Assembly (NCBI GenBank): GCA_002269645.1
Contig: NIVC01002991.1
Span: 62,001 to 126,000, forward strand
Length of the DNA: 64,000 bases
From: Macrostomum lignano
Lineage: Eukaryota
Direction: 5' to 3'
Below are positions 26,441-38,045 of this stretch, in pieces (position 1 is the first letter of the stretch; every line of letters starts with the position of its first letter). The position numbers and the translations under genes were made by a program. Below the pieces are notes generated by a model. It was not told where the DNA came from, searched no databases, and was given only the letters and a program-made list of their open reading frames with translations.

Positions 26441-28460
26441 TGACACTTCTTTCATGTCTGACATGACGCTTCTTTTATTCTTCCATGACGCTTCTATGAT
26501 TTCTCAAATGACACTTCCATTAGTTTTTATATGAGGCTTCTATGATCTTTTGATGACGCTTCTATGATTGTTTACATGACGCTTCTATGATTGTTTGCAT
26601 GACGCTTTTATGATTTTTACATGACGCTTCTATAATTGTTTGCATGACGCTTCTATGATTTTTACATGACGATTCTATGATTGTTTACATGACGCTTCTA
26701 TGATTGTTTACATGACGCTTCTATGATTTTTTCATGACGCTTTTATGATTGTTTACATGACGCTTCTATGATTTTTACATGACGCTTCTATGATTGCTAC
26801 AAGACGCTTCTATGATTTTTTGCATGACGCTTCTATGATTTTTTCATGTCGCTTCTATGATTTTACATGACGCTTCTATGATTGTTTACAAGACGCTTCT
26901 ATAATTTTTTACATGACGCTTCTATGATTGTTTACATGACGCTTCTATGATTTTTTTACATGACGCTTCTATGATTGTTTACATGACGCTTCTATGATTT
27001 TTTACATGACGCTTCTATGATTGTTTACATGACGCTTCTATGATTGTTTACATGACGCTTCTATGATTTTTACATGACGCTTCTATGATTTTTTTCATGA
27101 CGCTTCTATGATTTTTACATGACGCTTCTACGATTGTTTGCCTGACGCTTCTATGATTGTTTGCATGACGCTTCTATGATTGTTTACATGACGCTTCTAT
27201 GATTTTTACATGACGCTTCTATGATTGTTTACATGACGCTTCTATGATTGTTTATATGACGCTTCTTTGATTTTTACATGACGCTTCTATGATTGTTTAC
27301 ATGACGCTTCTATGATTTTTTACATGACGCTTCTATGATTGTTTACATGACGCTTCTATGATTGTTTACATGACGCTTCTATGATTTTTTTAAAAGACGC
27401 TTCTATGATTTTTACATGACGCTTCTATGATTTTTACATGACGCTTCTATGATTTTTTACATGACGCTTTTATTATTTTTACATGACGCTTCTATGATTT
27501 TTTCATGACGCTCTTATGATTGTTTACATGACGCTTCTATGATTGTTTACATGACGCTTCCATGATTGTTTACATGACGCTTCAGTGATTGTTTACATGA
27601 CGCTTCTATGATTTTTTACATGACGCTTCTATGATTGTTTACATGACGCTTCAGTGATTGTTTACATGACGCTTCTATGATTTTTTACATGACGCTTTTA
27701 TGATTGTTTACATGACGCTTCAGTGATTGTTTACATGACGCTTCTATGATTGTTTATATGACGCTTCGATGATTTTTTACATGACGCTTCTATGATTGTT
27801 TATATGACGCTTCTATGATTTTTTTAAATGACGCTTCAATGATTGTTTATATGACGCTTCTATGATTTTTTTAAATGACGCTTCTATGATTGTTTACATG
27901 ACGCTTCTATGATTTTTTACATGACGCTTTTATGATTGTTTACATGACGCTTCAGTGATTGTTTATATGACGCTTCGATGATTTTTTACATGACGCTTCT
28001 ATGATTGTTTACATGACGCTTCTATGATTGTTTACATGACGCTTCTATGATTGTTTATATGACGCTTCTATGATTTTTTCATGACGCTTTTATGATTTTT
28101 ACCTGACGCTTCTATGATTGTTTACATGACGCTTCAATGATTGTTTACATGACGCTTCTATGATTTTTTCATGACGCTTTTATGATTTTTACATGACGCT
28201 TTAATGATTGTTTACATGACGCTTCTATGATTGTTTATATGACGCTTCTTTGATTTTTACATGACGCTTCTATGATTGTTTGCATGACGCTTCTATGATT
28301 TTTTACATGACGCTCCTATGATTGTTTACATGACGCTTCTATGATTGTTTACATGACGCTTCTATGATTTTTTTAAAAGACGCTTCTATGATTTTTACAT
28401 GACGCTTTTATGATTTTTGACATGACGCTTCTATGATTTTTACATGACGCTTCTTTTTAA
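26440..28460. repeat. 22-24-bp AT-rich satellite, about 85-90 copies
   Basis: Unit ACATGACGCTTCTATGATTGTTT / ...ATTTTTT. Confidence 0.95.
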
Positions 28461-29454
28461 AAAGTCTTTTAGTTTTCCTGACGTTGAAAAGCTTTAATTA
28501 AAAAAATTATACTCTATGAAAATTCGAACCATCGTCGCTGCATTTGGAAGTTCAGTTTGTTCACCTCTAGGCTAGCTCTCATCGTTTTGATAACATCAAA
28601 TTTTGCACTTATATAATTCAACACTTTAAAATCCAAGCATAGAGTAAATCACACGAAGCAGTTATGACATAATCAGTTTCTCAGTCAGTCAGTATCAGTT
28701 AACAATTATGGTTACGCAATTTAAATCAAGTCTGTGCTACGCTTCCACACTGCATTTTCAATTCAAGTCGGAGTTACAATTCAGTTATGATGCAATCTAT
28801 TTCAGAATCAGAATTCAACCAGTCAGTTTTTTCTCTAGCATTCTTACAATGCATTTCAAGTCGAAAAGTTTGCTTGACCTTTGCAAAAAAGCATGTTTTT
28901 CGAATATTTAATGCCTTTAGCATCGAGCAATTTCTTAGCCACGATGCATGTACCGTCACGGGAAAATTTCTGATCGAACAGTGCAAGTCTCATAAAAATC
29001 GGTTAAGCCATTTTTTCTCTAATCGATTACAAGCAAGCAAGATTAAACATAACACCTATACATATACGCTCGTATTAGTTCCATTGTTAATTGTTTGATT
29101 GCATAATTCGTCCACGTCTATGCTGAACATTCATAGAATACGAGCGTACTTGTATAGGAGATTCATTATGCATAAATTGTTGTGTTTAGATTACTGTAAA
29201 ACTATAATTACTATTGTTCCTCTTTTAACAATTGATCTGATGCAGCACAGGTGTTGATTGGATGAAGGTTTTGGCTGGTATAAAATAATTCAGCATTTAT
29301 ATGTATACAACTGCAAGCTCACCTCAAATTTTTCATGGCGTGAATTTGCTCAGCATGTTTCTGAACTAATTTAGAGCATTGTTTGTTTTTATATATTGTT
29401 AAACTTTACTATTATGTGTTTTGCTGTTTTGGGGGGTTGAGGTACGCTGTGTTC

Positions 29455-29880
29455 GAGGGCGCCGTTCTGAGGTTTTGGGGGCTTCGTTTTGGGGCGCCGT
29501 TTTGGGGGGTGCTGTTCTGGGGTGCCATTTCAGAGACGTGGTTTTTAGGGCGCCGTTTTGGAGGCGCCGTTTTGGAGGCGCCGTTTTAGAGGCGCCATTT
29601 TGGAGTCGCCGTCTTGGAGGCGCTGTTCTGGGGCGCCGATTTGGAGGCGCTGTTCTGGGGCGCCGTTTTGGAGTCGTCGTTTTGGGGGCTTTGTTTTGGG
29701 GCGCCGTTTTAGAGGCACCGTTTTGGGGGCGCCGTTCGGAGACGCCATTTTTAAGGCGCCGTTTTGGAGGCGTAGTTTTTTGGGCTCCGTTTTGGAGGCG
29801 CCGTTCTGGGACGCCGTTTTGGAGGCGCCATTTTTGGGGCGCCTTTTTTGAGGCGCCGTTTTGGAGGCGTCGTTTTGGTG
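29455..29880. repeat. 14-bp minisatellite
   Basis: Unit GCGCCGTTTTGGAG, degenerate. Confidence 0.9.
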
Positions 29881-30536
29881 GCGCTGCTCTGCGGGCCCTG
29901 TTCTGTTTGGGGTTACTTTGTGGAATCGAACCTGGGACTTTAATCGGTGGCGCGAGAATTGTTCTATTAATCAGTTCCTCGCTCTTTCAGTTTGTATCCA
30001 AGCAGAACGCAGCATCTTTTTGAGCAAGTTAAGATGAAGCCCCAATAGGAAGGCGGGATATGTGTAACGTGCACTTTGAACTTTTGCTTTAACCGAAAGT
30101 TGAAACCTTTAAGGTTCTTTACAAACTATATTTAGTACACATTATACTGATTGTAAGCACGCGCTAATAGTTCATCATCTTGAGCTTTTTTGATCATTCT
30201 GCCATATTTTTTAGTTCTTTTTTCTCAATCCTCCTCTGAGAATCGAGTACTCATTTCTCATGGGAATTTCTTAGAAAGTCTTCACAGACAGAGGGCTGCT
30301 TGGGTGGAGCAGAACCTGCTGAGGGGAGCAGACAGAGGCTGGCTGCCCTGCCAGCCAACCAGACTAGCCCTGCTCCCTCAGCCAAGGCTCCTCATTGGCT
30401 GAGCTCTGAGCGATGGAGCCTCACAGCCGCCCCTAACACCTTTCCTCACAGAAGGAACAGCGCCCACTGGTCCGCACCGCGACCCCCGCTCCTCCCCGCC
30501 TCTCGCCTCCTCTTGTGCCTACACAAAATCCCCACT

Positions 30537-31823
30537 TAATCCTCTCCTCGCTTCTTCGACAGGAAGACAGGAAAACACAAATCATTTTTATCTGGCATTT
30601 CTCCTCGGCCAACTCTGCCGCGGTCTGTCAGTCCAGCCTTCAGCTCCCCATCAGTCTAATTCATTATCCTCCGATCCGCCTTACCTGAGCTGCTCGCATC
30701 CCCTGTTTATCAGCTCGGACTCCGCCTGCCGCACACGCCAAGGTAAGCCTGCTAATCCTCAGGGCTCGCCGCAGCCGCTGTTTAGAAATTTTCCCCTTCA
30801 CAATGCGAGGATAATCCGGCCTGCAAGCTGGATTATAATCCCCCCGCTGGCACCCCCCCCCCCCCCCCTGAATCAGCTGAGCTGCAAATGAGGAAGCAGA
30901 TTTCTTCCTCAGATATGCCCGTCCGTACCTCTCTGCTGTGCTCAGAGACAATAAGGATAAATTATTATCGCTAGGCTTGGTTAGGTGAAGATTTCTCAAT
31001 CCGACTAGAGACTGGTCTTAGCTGCTCACGATTCATGAGCTGATGTAGTTGTGTGCTCAATAAGGGTCTGAGGGGGGACACGGGGATTTGTGACCGATTA
31101 GGGGCCAGAAGATTAGCACTGCTTGAGCCCCAGCTCAAAGGCCTTCAGGATTGGGGTGGGTGGGTGAGGAGTAAGCCAAGGCCCTGCATGGGTTTTATAT
31201 AAATATCCGAAGAAGCTGGGGATGCAGGGAGAGATGGAGCTATAGTTGCTCAGCATTCAGAACAGAGGCGAGTCTTGCTCCAAGTCTATGTTAAACGGCT
31301 CCGATAAAATGATAGCCAGATTTAACAGTCGGTGAGTCCTCGTGAGCACAGCTGCATTAAGACATTGCAATCTCTTTTACAAGCGTAGGTATCAGAGTTT
31401 GGAAATTTCAGAAACTTTCGAAATTTCTCGTCTCCCCCAGAAAGTTTCCATGCCCAGCGCCTCTCGCCATGCAGGTTTTTCATCTTTAGCAACTCGACTG
31501 ATACTCGATAGCCAGCAACTCCCAGTGGGAAGTCTCATTCCCCCCCCCCCCCAGCTCATGCCTCGGGTCTCGAGCTCGATGGGGAATTGTCGGCATATAA
31601 CAGCAGCTAAAATGCATGGTGTATGGGCGAAAATGGCGATGGGCGAGGAGGCGGCGAGCTCTGGAACCGGGCAAGCAGGGGGGAAACGACTAGGGCGAGG
31701 GCGAGGCAAAGGCGAGGCTTGGGGAGACAGACAAGGCACGCATTTTTCATCAACTTGTATCGGGAGACGGGGTGAATTATTTGGGTAGGAGAAAGGGGAT
31801 TAAGAGGAGCCGGGAGGGGATTA
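30537..31823. promoter_or_regulatory. Cluster of 7 K50 homeodomain sites (TAATCC/GGATTA) upstream of Otx-A
   Basis: Sites at 30537, 30753, 30812, 30830+30836 (palindrome GGATTATAATCC), 31797, 31818. Confidence 0.5.
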
Positions 31824-31935
31824 GCAAGCATGCAGGATTGGGATCTTCTTTAGCAGAGGAGAAGGGCGAAGCTTCATTTTCTTTCTTCGAAGCAGTTTGC
31901 TCAAATGAATCGGAAGTTGCTATACTGAGCATGAA

Positions 31936-32020
31936 CAACGGCTTAGCAACGGCTTAGCAACAGCATAGCAACAGCATAGTTACAGCATAGTAACAGCATA
32001 GCAACAGCATAGCGACAGCA
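31936..32020. repeat. 11-bp repeat immediately upstream of Otx-A
   Basis: AACGGCTTAGC x2 then AACAGCATAG(C/T) x5-6. Confidence 0.85.
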
Positions 32021-32054
32021 AATCATTCGTGCTCCCTAAACCTTTCTACAGGAA

Positions 32055-32421
32055 ATGGACTGGAACACAGCCTACCAGACTCAGACTCATCAGCAGCAGG
32101 CTCAGCTTCATCATCACCACCACCAGCACCATCATAGTTTGGTTGGCCAGACTCAGTTTGGCTACCCGTTGCCCGACATGTCGAGCAGCGTCGGAGGCGG
32201 CATATTCGGATGCGGCAACGACAGCGACTTGACTGTCGGTCTTGGCGGCGGCTCAGCTATCGGCGGATTTTCCACCGGAGCCACCTGCGGCTCTGGCGGC
32301 AGCGCCGGCGGCGGCGGTAGAGGCGACGGAATGCCTCTGCAGACAGCGGCGGCGGCGGCGGCGGCGGCCCAAGCGCATCACGAGATGCTGCAGCACCATC
32401 CGGCACTGTCTGCCTATGCAA
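32055..32421 (+). CDS. otx: Otx-A exon 1 (Otx/orthodenticle homeobox paralog A)
   Basis: ATG 32055 MDWNTAYQ...HHEMLQHHPALSAYA; phase-1 donor A|GTGAGT at 32422; splices in frame to 34138 (A+CC = Thr). Motif matches the Otx pre-homeodomain DLLHPxxxY|xTPRKQRR with the conserved intron position. Confidence 0.85.
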
Positions 32422-32489
32422 GTGAGTTTGAAACAAGGGAAATAGGAGCCTAATATAGATTCGAGAGTTTTGGCGGTTGGTGCGGCCAG

Positions 32490-33300
32490 TTGAAGGAGCG
32501 GAGGTAGAGGCTTGAGCAGCTCACTGAAGGAGCGGGGGTAGAGGCTTGAGCAGCTCACTGAAGGAGCGGGGGTAGAGGCTTGAGCAGCTCACTGAAGGAG
32601 CGGGGGTAGAGGCTTGAGCAGCTCACTGAAGGAGCGGGGGTAGAGGCTTGAGCAGCTCACTGAAGAAGCGGGGGTAGCGGATTGAGCAGCTCACTGAAGG
32701 AGCGGGGGTAGCGGATTGAGCAGCTCACTGAAGGAGCGGAGGTAGCAGATTGAGCAGCTCACTGAAGAAGCGGGGGGTAGCGGATTGAGCAGCTCACTGA
32801 AGGAGCGGGGGTAGCGGATTGAGCAGCTCACTGAAGGAGCGGAGGTAGCGGATTGAGCAGCTCACTGAAGGAGCGGGGGTAGCGGATTGAGCAGCTCACT
32901 GAAGGAGCGGAGGTAGCAGATTGAGCAGCTCACTGAAGAAGCGGGGGGTAGCGGATTGAGCAGCTCACTGAAGGAGCGGGGGTAGCGGATTGAGCAGCTC
33001 ACTGAAGGAGCGGGGGTAGAGGCTTGAGCAGCTCACTGAAGGAGCGGGGGGTAGCGGATTGAGCAGCTCACTGAAGGAGCGGGTGTGGCGGATTGAGCAG
33101 CTCACTGAAGAAGCGGGGGTAGCGGATTGAGCAGCTCACTGAAGGAGCGGGTGTGGCGGATTGAGCAGCTCACTGAAGGAGCGGAGGTAGCGGATTGAGC
33201 AGCTCACTGAAGGAGCGGAGGTAGAGGATTGAGCAGCTCACTGAAGGAGCGGGGGGTAGCGGATTAAGCAGCTCACTGAAGAAGCGGAGGTAGAGGATTC
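32490..33300. repeat. About 34-bp minisatellite inside Otx-A intron
   Basis: Unit GAGCAGCTCACTGAAGGAGCGGGGGTAGCGGATT, about 23 copies. Confidence 0.95.
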
Positions 33301-34137
33301 AGAGGCCTGTGAATTAGAAAACACTTCAAGAAGTCTCTAGTAAGTTTCCAGAACAGGTCAAGGTTGAGGCTGAATGTTGTCAACACACCTCGAAAGGAAA
33401 GCGATCACATCTTCTAACTGAAATAATTGCTTCGGGGCATTTATTTGCTGCTATTAACTTGATTACCTTACCGCCTCCGCCCTCAGCCATCTTTCTCGAT
33501 ACTCAGCTTGATTAAACCGAAAATCCAGTCCGTATCCCCTACTACCTGTAATCCCCCCACTCGATGCAACTATTACTTTTTACTCACAGAAAATCCGCCT
33601 CGAGGCGGCTATAGGAGAAAATGAAAGATTTCGTCAACACAAAGAAATGCTCGCGGTCATTGAGCACAGGCGCTGGCTGCATCAGGCCGAATCCATCACT
33701 GACCACCTGAGTGCCGCGTTCAATGGAATGCTCAGATTCATGAGCATACTTGACTGCTCTATAGGGGGGGGGGGGGGGGAGGCCAATCCGACCTTTCAGA
33801 GCGCCCGACACGCGACCCCCCCAGCCTCTCGCGTGGATGCGAAAGAATTTTATTTGGCTACAAAGGGGCGCGCCTGTCTGTATAGAGAATAATCCCAGCG
33901 GATTGAAGGTCTGCTTTGAATGCTGCAGATTAAAACAAAACGGCGCGGCCCCCCCACCCGCCGGGCTCGCCGAGCCGAGAGAATTCGAGAGGGGGCGGCT
34001 GCGGCTCCCCGCTGCTTGTTGGCCCACCTGGGGCAGCTGCTCAGACACGAAAGGCAGTGCGTGTAACACAACTGAACTCAACCCATTAGCGCCATTTTCT
34101 CAAGCCCGAACGCAACCCCATCGGATTAACTTTGCAG

Positions 34138-35081
34138 CCCCTGTGCGCAAGCAGCGGCGCGAGAGGACCACCTTCACCAGGGCGCAGCTGCAGATCCTGG
34201 AGGAGCTGTTCGGCAAGACCAAGTACCCGGACATCTTCATGCGCGAGGAGGTGGCGCTGCGGATCAACCTGCCGGAGTCGCGGGTGCAGGTCTGGTTCAA
34301 GAACCGCCGGGCCAAGCAGCGCCAGCAGCAGAAGCAGAAAGAGGCCGGCGAGAAGGCCGCCCACTGCGGCGTGTCGGCCGCCTCCGCCGGACAGCCGGTC
34401 GGACACGCCGGACACGCCGGACACGCTGGACACGCCGGACACGCCGGACACGCCGGACACGGAGCGAAGGCCGTCTCCGTCTCGGCTTCCGCCGCGCCGC
34501 TGGCCGGAGGCTCCGCACTCGCCGCCGCCACCGCTGCCGCTGCGGCCGCTGCCGCCAACATCGGCGGCGGAGGCGGCGGCGCCGGCATCGACATGGCCGG
34601 CTGCCTCCACGACGCCGGCGGTGGCGCTGTCAAGTGCGAGGACGTCGACTCGAGCAGCCCGTCGCCCGCCAAGACGCTCAGCCTGCCCGGCTCGGCCGAG
34701 GCCTCCAAGCGCAGCCCCGCCGTCTCCGCCAACGGCCACGCCGCCGCCGCGGCTGCCGCTGCCGCGCACTTCCTCACCGACTCTACCGGACACTCCGGCG
34801 CCGCCGGCTGGGGCGCCTCGGCCGCCGGACGCCTCGCCGGACCCAACAGCCCGACTGACGGCGGCTCCGCCTACGCCACCTGCGTTCAGCAGCAGCACCG
34901 CAGCGCTGCCGCAGCCGCAGCCGCCGCGGCCGCTGCCGCTGCCTACCACAACCAGACCTACGGACAGTACAGCGCTACAGGCTACCCTCCGTATGACTAC
35001 CTGCGACCTGCTGCCTACCCGCAGCAGCCGCCAGACTATGACTATCAGGGCTGGTCATCGCGCAAGCTGCAGCTGCTGTAG
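34138..35081 (+). CDS. otx: Otx-A exon 2: K50 paired-class homeodomain plus C-terminal tail (full protein 436 aa)
   Basis: Acceptor TTTGCAG 34131-34137; [57 protein letters not shown]; ends WSSRKLQLL (resembles Otx SWKFQVL tail); TAG 35079-35081. Confidence 0.95.
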
Positions 35082-35496
35082 CTCACTGACTTTAGCAGGA
35101 ATATTCCATATATAGTCCGGCCTAAACAGTCTCTGTGTATTAATTAATAAGCTTATCTGGATTTGTATGCTGCATGCCTCCGCCACCGTTTTCTTACCGA
35201 TCATTGAAATTCTGGCCCCAATGCAGAAGAAAAATGCTTGGCTGTTACATGTAAGCCTCTTCAGTCTCCCTATATATTTGTTTTTGTAATTTCCTTCTCT
35301 GAATTTTGCATAGTATTGCAACTTTTCTCACTAAAATGTAGCGTATAAAAATTGAAGAATAGCTTACCGCCTGTGTTCGTGCTCTGATCCTTAGTCTGCC
35401 GCAAATATATTTGCTCGTCTGTTAACAATATTTAATGTGCTTTTTGTCGCTTCGTTTCAGTTTGCTGCGTTGCTTGGATTGATTGGCATACTGGCT

Positions 35497-36440
35497 GTTG
35501 GAGGTTGTTTGAGGCTGTTTGAGAGCTGTTTGAGGTTGTTTGGAGCTGTTTGAGAGCTTTTTGAGGTTGTTTGGGGCTGTTTGAGAGCTGTTTGTGGTTG
35601 TTTGAGGCTGTTTGAGAGCTGTTTGAGGTTGTTTGGGGCTGTTTGAGAGCTGTTTGAGGTTGTTTGGGGCTGTTTGAGAGCTGTTTGTGGCTGTTTGAGA
35701 GCTGTTTGAGGTTGTTTGGGGCTGTTTAAGAGCTGTTTGAGGTTGTTTGGGGCTGTTTGAGAGCTGTTTGAGGTTGTTTGGGGCTGTTTGAGAGCTGTTT
35801 GAGGTTGTTTGGGGCTGTTTGAGAGCTGTTTGAGGTTGTTTGGGGCTGTTTGAGAGCTGTTTGAGGTTGTTTGGGGCTGTTTGAGAGCTGTTTGAGGTTG
35901 TTTGGGGCTGTTTGAGAGCTGTTTGAGGTTTTTGAGAGCTGTTTGAGGTTGTTTGGGGTTGTTTGGGGCTGTTTTAGAGCTGTTTGAGGTTGTTTGGGGC
36001 TGTTTGAGAGCTGTTTGAGGTTGTTTGGGGCTGTTTGAGAGCTGTTTGAGGTTTTTGAGAGCTGTTTGAGGTTGTTTGGGGTTGTTTGGGGCTGTTTTAG
36101 AGCTGTTTGAGGTTGTTTGGGGCTGTTTGAGAGCTGTTTGGGGTTGTTTGGGGCTGTTTTAGAGCTGTTTGAGGTTGTTTGGGGGGGCTGTTTACAGGGG
36201 TTGTTTGGGGGGTTGTTGGAGGTCTGTTTGTGGGTTTGTTTGAGAGTCTTTTGGAGGCTGTTTGGGGGCCTGTTTGGGGCCTGTTTGGGGGCCGTTTGGG
36301 GGTCTTTCTGGGGGCTGTTTGGGGGCTGTTTGGGGGCTGTTGGGGGGCTGTTTGTGGGCTGTTTTAGGGCTGTTTGGGGTTCTGTTTAGGGGCTGTTTGT
36401 GGGCTGTTTGAGGGCTGTTTGGGGGCTGTTTGGGGCGCTG
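35497..36440. repeat. 31-bp (3 x about 10 bp) GT-rich minisatellite in the Otx spacer
   Basis: Unit GTTTGAGAGCTGTTTGAGGTTGTTTGGGGCT decaying to TGTTTGGGGGC. Confidence 0.93.
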
Positions 36441-37110
36441 TTCTAAGACTAGAATTTTTCTGACGCTATACTTTTAACAAAAAAACGAACTACAACTGAA
36501 ATGCATCCGTCTTATATAGTTATTCTTAAACATACAGTATTAGTTTTCATTGCTCAATATATATTTCAAATAGATATATATGTATATATACTTGCATTTC
36601 GCACTTATAAAAATCAGTTTTATTGTTAACCAGTTGCCTAGATTCTGTCTTTATGCAGAATGATTTAAATTTAGAGACGCCACAAAGCGGTGCATAGCTA
36701 CAGGCCTTTACTAAACATTGACAGTTCTGGACAATCTGCAGAGACAGATGCTTAAAAACATGTTTAAATTTCTAATTTTAACAAACAGAGAGACCAGAGT
36801 GACAGGTGTGAGTAAAGTAAGTAATATCGCAGAAATTCGTGCCAGAAGCTATAATAATTACTGTCTACAAGGAGAGCATTTAAACAAAATTTAAACAATA
36901 ATAACTACACTTATTTAGAACGCATTCCTATGGCTGTACATATTGCTCATCGCTAGGGGACTCGAACGCATAAGGAGAATATATAGAAAAGCTTAATAGT
37001 GAAATCCCGGATGAAAACCCGACACAAAAACGGTTTGCACTTTGACGCAAAGTCCCAACAATGACCGAACAATAAATCATTAATCCGATATCGATCAAGT
37101 GTCAAAGAGT

Positions 37111-38045
37111 TCACAGCAGCTGCAGCTTGCGCGATGACCAGCCCTGATAGTCATAGTCTGGCGGCTGCTGCGGGTAGGCAGCAGGTCGCAGGTAGTCATA
37201 CGGAGGGTAGCCTGTAGCGCTGTACTGTCCGTAGGTCTGGTTGTGGTAGGCAGCGGCAGCGGCCGCGGCGGCTGCGGCTGCGGCAGCGCTGCGGTGCTGC
37301 TGCTGAACGCAGGTGGCGTAGGCGGAGCCGCCGTCAGTCGGGCTGTTGGGTCCGGCGAGGCGTCCGGCGGCCGAGGCGCCCCAGCCGGCGGCGCCGGAGT
37401 GTCCGGTAGAGTCGGTGAGGAAGTGCGCGGCAGCGGCAGCCGCGGCGGCGGCGTGGCCGTTGGCGGAGACGGCGGGGCTGCGCTTGGAGGCCTCGGCCGA
37501 GCCGGGCAGGCTGAGCGTCTTGGCGGGCGACGGGCTGCTCGAGTCGACGTCCTCGCACTTGACAGCGCCACCGCCGGCGTCGTGGAGGCAGCCGGCCATG
37601 TCGATGCCGGCGCCGCCGCCTCCGCCGCCGATGTTGGCGGCAGCGGCCGCAGCGGCAGCGGTGGCGGCGGCGAGTGCGGAGCCTCCGGCCAGCGGCGCGG
37701 CGGAAGCCGAGACGGAGACGGCCTTCGCTCCGTGTCCGGCGTGTCCGGCATGTCCAGCGTGTCCAGCGTGTCCGGCGTGTCCGACCGGCTGTCCGGCGGA
37801 GGCGGCCGACACGCCGCAGTGGGCGGCCTTCTCGCCGGCCTCCTTCTGCTTCTGCTGCTGGCGCTGCTTGGCCCGGCGGTTCTTGAACCAGACCTGCACC
37901 CGCGACTCCGGCAGGTTGATCCGCAGCGCCACCTCCTCGCGCATGAAGATGTCCGGGTACTTGGTCTTGCCGAACAGCTCCTCCAGGATCTGCAGCTGCG
38001 CCCTGGTAAAGGTGGTCCTCTCGCGCCGCTGCTTGCGCACAGGGG
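37111..38045 (-). CDS. otx: Otx-B exon 2: K50 homeodomain plus tail (full protein 369 aa)
   Basis: Minus-strand acceptor CCAATTTGCAG ending 38046; near-exact reverse complement of Otx-A exon 2; TGA at 37113-37111. Confidence 0.95.

Noticed and set aside
33837-34137. N-terminal 100-aa extension of the 414-aa ORF upstream of the homeobox
   Set aside because: Intronic open frame; the true junction is defined by the acceptor at 34137, shared with Otx-B, and the in-frame exon 1.
34138-38045. Fold-back read chimera producing the inverted Otx copy
   Set aside because: Flanks, introns, exon 1 and stop codons differ and each copy has its own coherent gene structure; local consensus homogenisation still needs a raw-read check.
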